Positions 19,243-29,399 of a stretch of 61,291 bases of DNA are shown in pieces. The stretch is from contig JAFSAI010000044.1 of the NCBI GenBank assembly GCA_017441065.1, positions 1 to 61,291 on the forward strand. Direction: 5' to 3'. The DNA is from Bacilli bacterium (GTDB taxonomy: Bacteria; Bacillota_I; Bacilli_A; RF39; UBA660). The notes beneath the pieces are model-generated. The model saw only the letters and a list, made by a program, of their open reading frames with translations, made no database searches and had not been told where the DNA came from. The translations under genes were made by a program, and so were the position numbers. The stretch's first letter is position 1, and each line of letters starts with the position of its first letter.

Positions 19243-21106
19243 TTTTACTATATTCCTTTTTTAAATAAATAGCTAATATTGTTATATCAGCAGGATTTAC
19301 ACCACTTATTCTTGATGCTTGAGCTATTGTTTTTGGCCTTACACTATTTAATTTTTGTTTAGCTTCGCTTGCTAAATTTTTAATTTTATTATAATCAATA
19401 TCATCTGGTATTTCTTTTTCCTCTATTTTTTGTAATTTTTCTGCTTCTTTGTATGCCTTTTTTATATAACCACTATACTTTAATTCTATTTCAACTTGTT
19501 CTAACACATCATCAGTATAATCAAAATTTTCAAAATTCTTCAAAAAATTAAATGTTATTTCTGGCCTTTTTAATAAATCTTCATATGTCATTGATTGTTT
19601 TGGTACATCATAACCATTATTTATAAATTTTTCTTTTACTTCTTCTTTAATTAATAATTTTTTATTTTTAACTTCTTCAAATAATTTATTGATATTTGCC
19701 ACTTTTTCAACATATCTTTTATATTGTTCTTCACTAACTGAACCAACTTGATATCCAGTTTCTCTTAATCTCAAATCTGCATTATCATGTCTTAATAATA
19801 ATCTAAATTCTGCACGGCTTGTAAGCATTCTGTATGGATCTGTTACACCTTTTGTTACTAAATCATCTATTAATACACCTATATATGCTTCATTTCTTTT
19901 TAAAATTAATGGACTTTTTCCTTTTAATTTAAGTACTGCATTAATACCTGCAACAAGACCTTGTCCTGCAGCTTCTTCGTAACCACTTGTTCCATTTATT
20001 TGTCCTGCAGTAAATAATCCCTCTATTAATTTATTTTCTAAACTTGGATTAATTTGCAAAGGACTAATCGCATCATACTCTATTGCATACGCATATTTAG
20101 TAATAACTGCATTTTCTAATCCTTTTAAACTATGAACCATTTCTTCTTGAACATATCTAGGCATACTTGTAGAAAAACCTTGTAAATACCATTCATCATA
20201 ATACATACTCTCTGGTTCTAAAAATAATTGATGTCTTTCTTTATCAGAAAATCTAACAACTTTATCTTCTATTGAAGGACAATATCTAGGTCCAACACCT
20301 GTTGCATAACCACCATACATTGCAGATTCATCTAAGTGATTTTGTATTATTTTATGAGTTAATTCATTTGTATATAATAAGTAACATTTTTGTTGATTAT
20401 TTATTTCATAAACAGGATTTATGTCATGACTAAATGACCAATATGTGTTATCACCATTTTCTTCGTGCATTTTTGAAAAATCTATTGATTCTTTTTTTAT
20501 TCTTGGAGGAGTTCCTGTTTTTAGTCTTATTATGTTTAATCCATTTTCTTTTAATCTTTCGCTTAAATAATTACTTCTTCTCTCCCCATGCGGTCCATTC
20601 GGAGTATTTTCACTACCAATTAAAATATTTGCTTTTAAATATGTTCCTGTTGTAAGTATAACTGTTTGTCCGAAAATTTGTGAATTATCTTCTAATATAA
20701 CTCCTTTAACTTTACTATCTTCAATTACTAAATCTTCTACCATTCCTTCTTTAATTTCTAAATTAGGATTTTGTTCTAGAAATTCTAACATCTTTTTTGG
20801 ATATATTTTTTTATCAGCTTGTGCACGTAAACTTCTTACAGCAGGACCTTTAGAATTATTAAGCATTTTTATTTGAAAATGACTTAAATCTGCTACTATT
20901 CCCATAAGTCCACCTAAAGCATCTATTTCTCTTACAATTATTCCTTTAGCTGTTCCTCCAATTGAAGGATTACAAGGCATATCAGCAATATTATTTTTAT
21001 TGATAGTTAATAATAAAGTTTTCATCCCCATTTTTGCAGAAATATTTGCCGCTTCACAACCGGCATGTCCTCCACCAACAACTATAACATCATACATTTT
21101 TATCAC
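19235..21106 (-). CDS. mnmG: tRNA modification enzyme MnmG (GidA)
   Basis: GGGHAGCEA, PRYCPSIEDK, GQINGTSGYEEAA. Confidence 0.99.
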   Translation of the reverse strand: MIKMYDVIVVGGGHAGCEAANISAKMGMKTLLLTINKNNIADMPCNPSIGGTAKGIIVREIDALGGLMGIVADLSHFQIKMLNNSKGPAVRSLRAQADKKIYPKKMLEFLEQNPNLEIKEGMVEDLVIEDSKVKGVILEDNSQIFGQTVILTTGTYLKANILIGSENTPNGPHGERRSNYLSERLKENGLNIIRLKTGTPPRIKKESIDFSKMHEENGDNTYWSFSHDINPVYEINNQQKCYLLYTNELTHKIIQNHLDESAMYGGYATGVGPRYCPSIEDKVVRFSDKERHQLFLEPESMYYDEWYLQGFSTSMPRYVQEEMVHSLKGLENAVITKYAYAIEYDAISPLQINPSLENKLIEGLFTAGQINGTSGYEEAAGQGLVAGINAVLKLKGKSPLILKRNEAYIGVLIDDLVTKGVTDPYRMLTSRAEFRLLLRHDNADLRLRETGYQVGSVSEEQYKRYVEKVANINKLFEEVKNKKLLIKEEVKEKFINNGYDVPKQSMTYEDLLKRPEITFNFLKNFENFDYTDDVLEQVEIELKYSGYIKKAYKEAEKLQKIEEKEIPDDIDYNKIKNLASEAKQKLNSVRPKTIAQASRISGVNPADITILAIYLKKEYSKNE

Positions 21107-22450
21107 CTACTTTCCTAAACAAAAATTACTAAATAATGTTGTAATTAATTCATCTTGGTATGTATCTCCTGTAATTTCACCAAGCAAATTCCAAGCATTT
21201 GTAATATCAATTTCTGCTATATCTACTGGCATACCTGCCTCTAAATTTTGAATTGCATTTTCTATAGCAGATAATGATTTTTTTAACAAATCTATTTGTC
21301 TAACGTTAGACATATATGTCATATCTTTATTTAAAATATTATCAAGTTTTAATTTATTAATTATTGCTTCTTTTAAACTTAACAAACCATCTTGATCAAT
21401 AGTATTTCCTGTAATATAGTCAAAATCAATTTTAATTTTCTTATCTAAATCTGATTTATTTATAAATATTATTCTTTTTTCTGTTGGAATCATTTTTAAT
21501 AGTTCTTTATCATAATCAGTTAAATCTTCATTATTATTTAATACTAATATTACTAAATCAGCTGTTTCTATTGCTTTTTTACTTTTTTCAACACCAATTT
21601 TTTCAACAACATCTTCAGTATCTCTTATACCTGCAGTATCTATAAATTTTATTAAAAATCCATTTAAAGTCATACTACCTTCAACAATATCTCTTGTAGT
21701 TCCAGCAATATTTGTTACAATTGCTTTTTCTTCATCTAATAAAGAATTCAATATACTACTTTTTCCTACATTGGGCTTACCTACTATTGCTATATTTATC
21801 CCTTCATTTATTAGTCTGCCATTTCTTGAATCCTTTAGTATATCTTCTATTTCCATTTTTACTTTACTTAATTTTGGTAATAAAGTATCTTTTGTAACGA
21901 TTTCTATATCTTCATATTCAGGATAATCGATATTAACTTCAATATTTGCCATTATTCCAACAACTATTTCTCTTATACTTCTAATTTTATTAGTTAAATT
22001 GCCCTTCATATTATTTAGTGCTAAATTTCTAGCAGCGTCATTTTTGGCATTAATAAGATCATTTACAGATTCAGCCTCTATTAAGTCTATTCTTCCATTT
22101 AAAAAAGCTTTTTTTGTAAATTCACCTGGTTCAGCTAGTCGGCATCCTTTTTCTAATAATAATTCTAATATTTTATTTGTTGTGTTAATTCCACCATGAC
22201 TATTTATTTCAATAATATCTTCCATTGTATATGTTTTTGGCGCTAACATAACACTTACTAAAACTTCATCTATTTTTTCTTCATCATCATAAATAAATCC
22301 ATAATTTATGGTATGTGATTCTACTTCTTTTAAATTTTTGCCACGATAAATTTGTGATACTATATCTAAAGTTTTTGGTCCACTTACTCTTATTATAGAT
22401 ATTGCTCCAATTCCTGGGGCTGTTGATATTGCACATATTGTATCTTCCAT
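21107..22450 (-). CDS. mnmE: tRNA modification GTPase MnmE
   Basis: GKPNVGKSS, GTTRD, DTAG, NKSD, FCLGK. Confidence 0.99.
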   Translation of the reverse strand: MEDTICAISTAPGIGAISIIRVSGPKTLDIVSQIYRGKNLKEVESHTINYGFIYDDEEKIDEVLVSVMLAPKTYTMEDIIEINSHGGINTTNKILELLLEKGCRLAEPGEFTKKAFLNGRIDLIEAESVNDLINAKNDAARNLALNNMKGNLTNKIRSIREIVVGIMANIEVNIDYPEYEDIEIVTKDTLLPKLSKVKMEIEDILKDSRNGRLINEGINIAIVGKPNVGKSSILNSLLDEEKAIVTNIAGTTRDIVEGSMTLNGFLIKFIDTAGIRDTEDVVEKIGVEKSKKAIETADLVILVLNNNEDLTDYDKELLKMIPTEKRIIFINKSDLDKKIKIDFDYITGNTIDQDGLLSLKEAIINKLKLDNILNKDMTYMSNVRQIDLLKKSLSAIENAIQNLEAGMPVDIAEIDITNAWNLLGEITGDTYQDELITTLFSNFCLGK

Positions 22451-22525
22451 AGTAATCGCCTCTTCCGTCTTATATTAGCACAAAATAGTAATAAATTCAT
22501 TAAAAAAACTAAAGAAATCTTTAGT

Positions 22526-23134
22526 TTATTCTGGTTTAATTACTACATGTCTATTTGGTTCTTCGCCAACACTTGTAGTTGAAACACCTTTAAAATTAGT
22601 AAGTGCATTATGAATTATTCTTCGATCATAAGCATTCATATTTTCTAAATGTACTTCTACATTTGTTTTGCTAACTTCTTTAGCTAAATTTTTAGCTAAT
22701 CTTTCAAGTCTTTTTTGTTGTTTTTCTCTATAATTTTCAACATCTAAACTTATAAATGGTCTAATGTTAAAATCAGTATTTATTTTTTGTTTAACCAAAG
22801 TTTCTAATGCTTTAAGAGTATTTCCTCCCTTACCAATTAGAACAGGGTTATTTGATGAATATATTTTTACATATATTATATCTTCTCTTAGCTTAGTCTC
22901 AAAATTAGCCTCTAATCCCATATTATTTAGTAATTCTTCTAAATAATCCTTAATATATATAACTAATTCATTTTTTAATATTATATCTACTGAAACAGTA
23001 CTATTTTTATTAAATAGTCCACTTTTCTTTTCAGTATATTTATAGTAAAAATCATTTCTTTCTACATTAAGTTCACTACAAACATCATTTAATACTGTTT
23101 CTAATTCTTTTCCTTCTCTATTTATTATTTCCAT
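22526..23134 (-). CDS. jag: Jag/EloR/KhpB RNA-binding protein (KH + R3H)
   Basis: LIGKGG, DVENYR, RRIIH, GEEPNRHV. Confidence 0.94.
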   Translation of the reverse strand: MEIINREGKELETVLNDVCSELNVERNDFYYKYTEKKSGLFNKNSTVSVDIILKNELVIYIKDYLEELLNNMGLEANFETKLREDIIYVKIYSSNNPVLIGKGGNTLKALETLVKQKINTDFNIRPFISLDVENYREKQQKRLERLAKNLAKEVSKTNVEVHLENMNAYDRRIIHNALTNFKGVSTTSVGEEPNRHVVIKPE

Positions 23135-24164
23135 ACTTAAGACCTCTCTTCACTTCTAATTTTTCTTTTATTTTTGAATTATTTTTTTTATCTTCTTTTG
23201 GCTTTTTATTTCCTTCACCAGATAGTTTTTTAAAAATAAAAGTTTGAATTGCTATAAAAGCATAAGTTATTATCCAATAAAATGCTAATGCTGTTGTTAA
23301 TGAGAATGATGTAACTACAATTAATACAACCATAATATTTGTCATCATTTTCATTTGACTTTCCATTTCAGGAGATTGATTCATTGCTCCTGTTGATTTC
23401 ATTGAATATTTAAATGAGAAGTATGTTGATACCGCTATTAATATAATAAGGATAATGTATAAGTAATTTCCATTTGATAAACCAACATAAGGAGTCATAC
23501 CTAAATTAAATCCTAATAATTTATCTTCAAAGATTGCCGGAACACGATTAATTGCTTGTAAGAAAGCAAAGAATAAAGGCAATTGAATAAATGATACTAA
23601 ACATCCTGACATTGGTTTAACATTATACTTTTTATATAATGCCATCATTTCTTGACTTTTCATCATCATAGATTCGTTATCATCACGTCCACGATATTTA
23701 AGTTCAAGCTTTTGCATTTCTTTATTAACCTTTTGCATATTTTTACTTTGTTTATGTGTTTTATATGAGAAAGGTAATAAAATTAAACGAATTAATAATC
23801 CTATTATAATTAAGGATATACCCATATTACCAACTAAGTTACCTAATTTTAAAATTAAAAAGGCTAGTGGTTTAACAAATAAAAATTCCCAAATTCCAGA
23901 ACTCTTATTAGATGTTATTTTAAATTCGCTACAAGTTGGTAGTTCATTAAGTGATATTTTTAATTCTTTATCATATTGTTCATATAATTTATATAATTCT
24001 GAACTTTCTTCTGGTTTACATAAAATATCATTTGGCAAGTTTTGTCCTGTTTCAGAATATTGAACAATTTTTTTATCTTTATCCTTAATATAATTATTAC
24101 TTCCACATCCACTTGTTAGTAAAACCATCATTATTAATATAATGGCTAATAATTTATTTTTCAT
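23118..24164 (-). CDS. yidC: Membrane protein insertase YidC/SpoIIIJ (lipoprotein)
   Basis: Lipobox LTSGC, IRLILLP, GCL...QLP; between rnpA and jag. Confidence 0.95.
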   Translation of the reverse strand: MKNKLLAIILIMMVLLTSGCGSNNYIKDKDKKIVQYSETGQNLPNDILCKPEESSELYKLYEQYDKELKISLNELPTCSEFKITSNKSSGIWEFLFVKPLAFLILKLGNLVGNMGISLIIIGLLIRLILLPFSYKTHKQSKNMQKVNKEMQKLELKYRGRDDNESMMMKSQEMMALYKKYNVKPMSGCLVSFIQLPLFFAFLQAINRVPAIFEDKLLGFNLGMTPYVGLSNGNYLYIILIILIAVSTYFSFKYSMKSTGAMNQSPEMESQMKMMTNIMVVLIVVTSFSLTTALAFYWIITYAFIAIQTFIFKKLSGEGNKKPKEDKKNNSKIKEKLEVKRGLKYGNNK

Positions 24165-24492
24165 TTTGTTCTCCTTTATTTAATAATTTAATTAATTCTT
24201 TTTCCATTTCACTATAAGATAATTTTAATATCTCTTTCTTACATATTATAATATAATTGTGAAAATTTGGAAATAATTTCAAATTATTATCTATAATATT
24301 TCTTAATTGTCTTTTTATTTTATTTCTAGTAACTGCATTACCCACTTTTTTTCCTACAGCTATTCCAAAATTATTACTAACCTCATTTTTACTAACACTA
24401 CAAATAACAAAATACTTATTAGCATTTCGTTTTCCAGTTTGAATTATATCATTAAATAAAATTTTTGATCTAACTACGTTTTTCTTTTTCAT
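24154..24492 (-). CDS. rnpA: RNase P protein component
   Basis: KKVGNAVTRNKIKRQLR. Confidence 0.96.
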   Translation of the reverse strand: MKKKNVVRSKILFNDIIQTGKRNANKYFVICSVSKNEVSNNFGIAVGKKVGNAVTRNKIKRQLRNIIDNNLKLFPNFHNYIIICKKEILKLSYSEMEKELIKLLNKGEQNEK

Positions 24493-24516
24493 AATATTAA
24501 AAAAACACGTAAGAAA

Positions 24517-24639
24517 TTATTTAGTTAATTCCTTACGACCTTTTCTACGACGATTGTTAATAATCTTTGTTCCTTTACGTGCAAAGAAACCATGCTTTTT
24601 AGCTTTTTTTCTATTATTTGGTTGATAAGTTCTTTTCAT
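24517..24639 (-). CDS. rpmH: 50S ribosomal protein L34, 40 aa (not in ORF track)
   Basis: [40 protein letters not shown], with RBS GAGGTGG. Confidence 0.96.
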   Translation of the reverse strand: MKRTYQPNNRKKAKKHGFFARKGTKIINNRRRKGRKELTK

Positions 24640-24670
24640 TTCGAATTCCACCTCTTTCTTCAGCGTTATT

Positions 24671-24700
24671 ATTATAATATTATTAAGATAAGAATGTCAA
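24671..24700 (-). promoter_or_regulatory. SigA promoter for the rpmH operon
   Basis: TTGACA-18 nt-TATAAT on the minus strand. Confidence 0.75.
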
Positions 24701-24711
24701 GAAATAACGGG

Positions 24712-24963
24712 TTTTCAACATTTTATCTCTATTTTTTTATTTTAAATAACACTTTGTTTTCTAGTTTGTTGAAAACTTTTTATCTTTAAACAGTATACTT
24801 AATTATAAATATCCAATATGTAACACTTTCAACAATTCTAAAAAATTAATCAACATGTTAATAAGTTAAAAAGTTAAAACTTTTTTGTTGAAATTGTTAA
24901 TAACTTTTTGTATTATAGATTTTATCAAGAAAAATAATGTTGAAAATTGTGTTGTTATTAACA
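24712..24963. other. oriC upstream DnaA-box cluster
   Basis: About ten 9-mers of type TTWTYAACA in both orientations between rpmH and dnaA; gene orientation switches here. Confidence 0.85.
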
Positions 24964-25042
24964 ATTTTTTAAATTTTTCTTGTAATAAAAAATCATTTAA
25001 GTTAAAATGAATTTGGGATATATTTGATTGTGGGGTGAGGTA

Positions 25043-26398
25043 TTGAAAACACAAGAAATTTTTAAACAATTTTTGAGTGAAATAGCAGAAACTGTAAGTC
25101 CAAGCACATATTCTGTGTGGTTTAATGATCTTGAACTTGTGAATATGGATGATAAAGAACTTGTTATTAAAGTACCTCTTCCAGTACATAAAAAAATATT
25201 AAGAACAACTTATATAGATTTATTTGATGAAACAATTTTTTCATTGACTGGTATTAATTACTCTTTTAAATTTGTAACCGAAGATGAACTTGAAGAAATA
25301 AAGGAAGTTACTAATATAATACCTGAAGAAGTTCATGAAAAAACAGTAGAATGGAATACTAATTTAAATCCAAATTTAAATTTTGATAACTATGTTGTTG
25401 GAGAATCAAACAGACTTGCTTTTATATCAGCGATGAACGTAGCTCAGTCACCTGGAACCATACGTAATCCTTTATTTATATATGGTAGAAGTGGAATAGG
25501 TAAGACTCATTTAATGCATGCAATAGGTAATTATATTACTGAACATTCTAATAAAAAGGTATTATATACAACGAGTGATGATTTTAAAAATGAATATGTT
25601 GAAATATCTAAATTAGAACGAGGGCAAGCATCAATTGAGTATGCTAAACAATTTAAAAATAAATATCGTGGAGTAGATGTACTGATTGTTGATGATATAC
25701 AATTCTTAGTTGGTGCTGAACTAACACAGCAAGAGTTTTTCCACACATTTGAGGCGTTACATCAAGCTAATAAACAAATTATAATATCTAGTGATAAGAG
25801 TCCTGATGATTTAAAGAAAATCGAAGAAAGGTTACGAAGTAGATTTACTTGGGGACTTCCAGTTGATATTTACCCACCGGACTTTGAACTTAGATGTGAA
25901 ATAATTAAACAAAAACTATCAAATACAAGTATTAAAAATAAAGTAAATAGAGATGTTATTGAATATATTGCCAATGCTTGTCCAAATGATGTTAGACAAA
26001 TAGAGGGAACAATTAATAGATTACTAGCTTATACAGCGATGTATGCTCCAGATATTATTACACTTGATTTTACTATAGAAGCTATAAAAGATTACGTTAA
26101 TACTAACGTTTATCAAGAAAATACAATATCACATATTCAAAAAGTTGTTGCAGATTTCTTTAAAATAACAGTAGAAGACTTAAAAAGTAAAAGAAGAAGC
26201 AATAATATAGCGAAACCAAGACATATAGCTATGTATCTATGTAGAATAGAAACTGATGAAAACTTAGCAAAAATTGGTTTAGAATTTGGTGGTAGAGATC
26301 ATTCAACTGTAGTTGCAAGTTGTGATAAAATAAAAAATGATTTAAAGAATAATACTAATCTTGATAATATGTTAAAAGAAATCAAATCAAAGTTATAA
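25043..26398 (+). CDS. dnaA: Chromosomal replication initiator DnaA
   Basis: NPLFIYG..GIGKTHL, DDIQF, RLRSRF, GGRDHSTV; TTG start after GAGG. Confidence 0.99.
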   Translation: MKTQEIFKQFLSEIAETVSPSTYSVWFNDLELVNMDDKELVIKVPLPVHKKILRTTYIDLFDETIFSLTGINYSFKFVTEDELEEIKEVTNIIPEEVHEKTVEWNTNLNPNLNFDNYVVGESNRLAFISAMNVAQSPGTIRNPLFIYGRSGIGKTHLMHAIGNYITEHSNKKVLYTTSDDFKNEYVEISKLERGQASIEYAKQFKNKYRGVDVLIVDDIQFLVGAELTQQEFFHTFEALHQANKQIIISSDKSPDDLKKIEERLRSRFTWGLPVDIYPPDFELRCEIIKQKLSNTSIKNKVNRDVIEYIANACPNDVRQIEGTINRLLAYTAMYAPDIITLDFTIEAIKDYVNTNVYQENTISHIQKVVADFFKITVEDLKSKRRSNNIAKPRHIAMYLCRIETDENLAKIGLEFGGRDHSTVVASCDKIKNDLKNNTNLDNMLKEIKSKL

Positions 26399-26401
26399 TA
26401 T

Positions 26402-26520
26402 TGTGGATAAAGTATTAGTTATTAACACCCGTATTTATCGTGATTTAAGTTAATAAATAGGGAGTTATCAACATTTTCAACACTATAATAAATACAATAA
26501 TATAATATTAATAATAAAAA
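26402..26520. other. oriC downstream part: DnaA boxes and AT-rich unwinding element
   Basis: TGTGGATAA 26402, TTATTAACA 26419, tandem TTATCAACA-TTTTCAACA 26465-26482, then an AT-rich tract with ATA-ATA-TTA-ATA-ATA (26502-26516). Confidence 0.85.
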
Positions 26521-26536
26521 GAAAGAAGGAGATAAA

Positions 26537-27655
26537 ATGAAATTTGTTATTGATAAAAATATTTTATTAGAAGCACTTACTAATGTTACTAGAGCAATAG
26601 GAACTAGAACTACAATACCAATTCTTAATGGAATTAAATTTGATTTAACAAATGAAGGATTAAGTTTATTAGCAAGTGATTCTGAATTAACTATTAAAAT
26701 AAATATTCCAGAAACTGAAATTAAAAAAATTGATAAATGTGGAAGTATGATTATTCAAAGTAAATATATATTAGAAATTATTAGAAAAATGCCATCTGAT
26801 GTTATTAATTTTGAATCTGTTGATAGTAGTAAAATTAAAATCTTTACAGATAATAATGAATATAATTTAAATTGTTATGATATTAATGATTATCCACATA
26901 TATCTTTAGAAGAAAGTAAAGAACCAATTACTATTAAAGCAGAAACCTTAAAAGCTATTATAAATGAAACTTCTTATGCAGTATCAACTCAAGAAGTAAG
27001 ACCTCTTTTAACAGGTATTAACCTTAAAATAACAGGAGATATGCTTGAATGTATTGCTACAGATTCATATCGTCTTGCTAAAAAGAATATAAAATTAGAT
27101 ACTATGGTAAATGCTACTATAAATATTGTTATTCCAGGAAAAAGTATTAATGAATTTGAAAAAATGTTAACAGATGATGACGATATAGTAATGCATATAT
27201 TTAATAATAAAATATTATTTAAGTATAAAAATATTCAATTTCAAACAAATTTATTAAGTGGTACTTATCCTGATACAAATCATTTTATTCCAAATGAATT
27301 TGCATACATGATAAATTTAGATTTAAAAGCGTTTAATGATGCTGTTGATCGTGCTTCATTACTTGCACAAAGTAAAGATAAAAATATTGTAAGAGTGTTA
27401 ATTGATGATAAAACTATGGTTATTTCATCTAGTGCAAGTGAAATTGGAAAAACTGAAGAAAAAATAGCTATTGAATGTAGCAACAAAGATAGATTAGAAA
27501 TAGCATTTAGTTCTAGATATATGTTAGAAGCTTTAAAAGTTATTAAAGATGATAATATATTATTGTTAATTAATAGTGATGATAAACCAATTTTAATAAA
27601 ATCAGTTAAAGATGAGTCATTAATTGAACTTATATTACCAGTAAAAACTTATTAA
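26537..27655 (+). CDS. dnaN: DNA polymerase III beta clamp
   Basis: IPILNG, RPLLTG, ATDSYRLA, LILPV. Confidence 0.98.
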   Translation: MKFVIDKNILLEALTNVTRAIGTRTTIPILNGIKFDLTNEGLSLLASDSELTIKINIPETEIKKIDKCGSMIIQSKYILEIIRKMPSDVINFESVDSSKIKIFTDNNEYNLNCYDINDYPHISLEESKEPITIKAETLKAIINETSYAVSTQEVRPLLTGINLKITGDMLECIATDSYRLAKKNIKLDTMVNATINIVIPGKSINEFEKMLTDDDDIVMHIFNNKILFKYKNIQFQTNLLSGTYPDTNHFIPNEFAYMINLDLKAFNDAVDRASLLAQSKDKNIVRVLIDDKTMVISSSASEIGKTEEKIAIECSNKDRLEIAFSSRYMLEALKVIKDDNILLLINSDDKPILIKSVKDESLIELILPVKTY

Positions 27656-27660
27656 TCGTA

Positions 27661-27689
27661 AAAATTAGCTAAATATAGCTAATTTTTTT
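27661..27689 (+). terminator. Terminator after dnaN
   Basis: AAAATTAGCTA/TAGCTAATTTT followed by a T-run. Confidence 0.7.
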
Positions 27690-27699
27690 GTGAAAAAAT

Positions 27700-27713
27700 A
27701 TTTCCCGGGAAAT
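27700..27713. promoter_or_regulatory. Noc-binding sequence (NBS)
   Basis: Perfect ATTTCCCGGGAAAT palindrome. Confidence 0.85.
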
Positions 27714-27772
27714 ATTTTGACAATTTTTTTAAACTTTTTATGTTATAGTAGGCCATATTCAGGAGGATTATT

Positions 27773-28219
27773 GTGGAAAACTATATAATTAATAACAAAA
27801 CTATAGCAATATTAAAAAATAATAATAAGACAATTATTTATGATGTTGATAACATACGAGTTATTAACAAAAATATAAAGAGAATATTAGATGAAAATTG
27901 TAGTTTTTATGGTAGTAGTTTAAGCGGGAGAAAGAAAAGTGCTAAAAATATATTAAATATTCATTATAAAGTCCCAGTTGTAGTAAAAGAAGATGTTATT
28001 TTATTACAAGTTAATAACATTAGAAACAAAGAATGTTTATTTTTAGTGTTAAATAAAATTGTTGATTATAAATTAGAAAATCAAAAATTAAAAATAATAT
28101 GTATTAACAAACAAGTATTTTTAATTAATATATCAAAAAATAGTTTCGAAAAAATGTTAATTAATTCTATTAAATTAAATAACATTTTAAAATGGCAAAA
28201 ATGTGAGAATTTTGTTTAA
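27773..28219 (+). CDS. comK: ComK-family competence transcription factor (short)
   Basis: YIIN..TIAI, ILDENCSFYGSSLSGRK, YKVPVV match the ComK pattern; AGGAGG RBS. Confidence 0.8.
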   Translation: MENYIINNKTIAILKNNNKTIIYDVDNIRVINKNIKRILDENCSFYGSSLSGRKKSAKNILNIHYKVPVVVKEDVILLQVNNIRNKECLFLVLNKIVDYKLENQKLKIICINKQVFLINISKNSFEKMLINSIKLNNILKWQKCENFV

Positions 28220-28309
28220 AACACGTCTATTTTATGTTATAATTATATATAGGTATAGGTGTACTTAAATTACCTTAAAATTAAATAAGCATCAAAAGAA
28301 AGGCAAAAT

Positions 28310-29398
28310 ATGAAAATCAGCTCATTAAAATTGGTTAATTTTAGGAATTATGAAAAAATAGAATTAGACTTCAATGATTCTTTAAATATTATCTATGGAA
28401 ATAATGGAGTTGGGAAGACAAATTTAGTAGAAGCAATATATGCTTTGTCTTTAACAAAATCATTTAGAACATCAAATGATAAAAATTTAATAAAAAAAGA
28501 TGAGTTAAGTACAAAAATAGAAGGAGTAGTAGAGACTAATACCACAAATAGTTATCAAGTTATTTTAAATAAGGAAGGTAAAAAAGTAAAAATAGACGGA
28601 GATATAATATCTAAAATTAGTGATTATATTTCTAATATAAATATTGTTCTATTACAACCAGAGGAACAAATGATTTTTACAGCACCACCATCATCAAGAA
28701 GAAAACTTCTAAATATCGAAATTAGTCAATTAAAAAAAGACTATATTATTTATTTAAATAATTATAATAAAGTATTAAAACAAAGAAATTTTTATTTAAG
28801 AGAATTGTATATTAATGGAAATGCTAGTAAAGATTATTTAAATATTCTAACTAAGAAGTTGATTGAATATGGTAAAAAAATATATGATATAAGATTTGAA
28901 TTTATTGAAAAAATTAATACTTATATAAATGATTGTTACCATAATATCTTTGAATCTGGTGAATTAAAGATTAAATATGTTTCTGATTATAATAAAAAAA
29001 ATGAAGAAGAGCTATTTAATATTTATGTTAAGAATTATAATAAAGAGATAATTTTAGGAAAAACATCTTTAGGGATTCATCATGATGATTTAGTATTTAT
29101 GTTAGATAATCAAAATATAGCCGAATGGGGAAGTAATGGGCAAAGAAAAAATGCTATATTTGCCTTCAAATTGGCTGAAATTGAGGTATTTAATAAAGAA
29201 AAAGGTAATTATCCTATTTTAATACTAGATGATTTATTTAGTGCTCTTGATAACAATAAAATTAAAAACATTGTTAAATTATTAAATAACAATATTCAAA
29301 CATTTATAACTACTACAGAATTAGAAAGAATAGATGAAACACTTTTAAGTAACGCAAAATTATTTAATGTTACTTATGGTAATATTACGGAGGTATGA
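28310..29398 (+). CDS. recF: DNA replication/repair protein RecF
   Basis: [32 protein letters not shown]. Confidence 0.97.
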   Translation: MKISSLKLVNFRNYEKIELDFNDSLNIIYGNNGVGKTNLVEAIYALSLTKSFRTSNDKNLIKKDELSTKIEGVVETNTTNSYQVILNKEGKKVKIDGDIISKISDYISNINIVLLQPEEQMIFTAPPSSRRKLLNIEISQLKKDYIIYLNNYNKVLKQRNFYLRELYINGNASKDYLNILTKKLIEYGKKIYDIRFEFIEKINTYINDCYHNIFESGELKIKYVSDYNKKNEEELFNIYVKNYNKEIILGKTSLGIHHDDLVFMLDNQNIAEWGSNGQRKNAIFAFKLAEIEVFNKEKGNYPILILDDLFSALDNNKIKNIVKLLNNNIQTFITTTELERIDETLLSNAKLFNVTYGNITEV

Positions 29399-29399
29399 A

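Noticed and set aside
24592-25189. ORFs 24592-24789(+) and 24866-25189(-)
   Set aside because: They are antisense to rpmH/dnaA and cross the DnaA-box cluster; shadow frames
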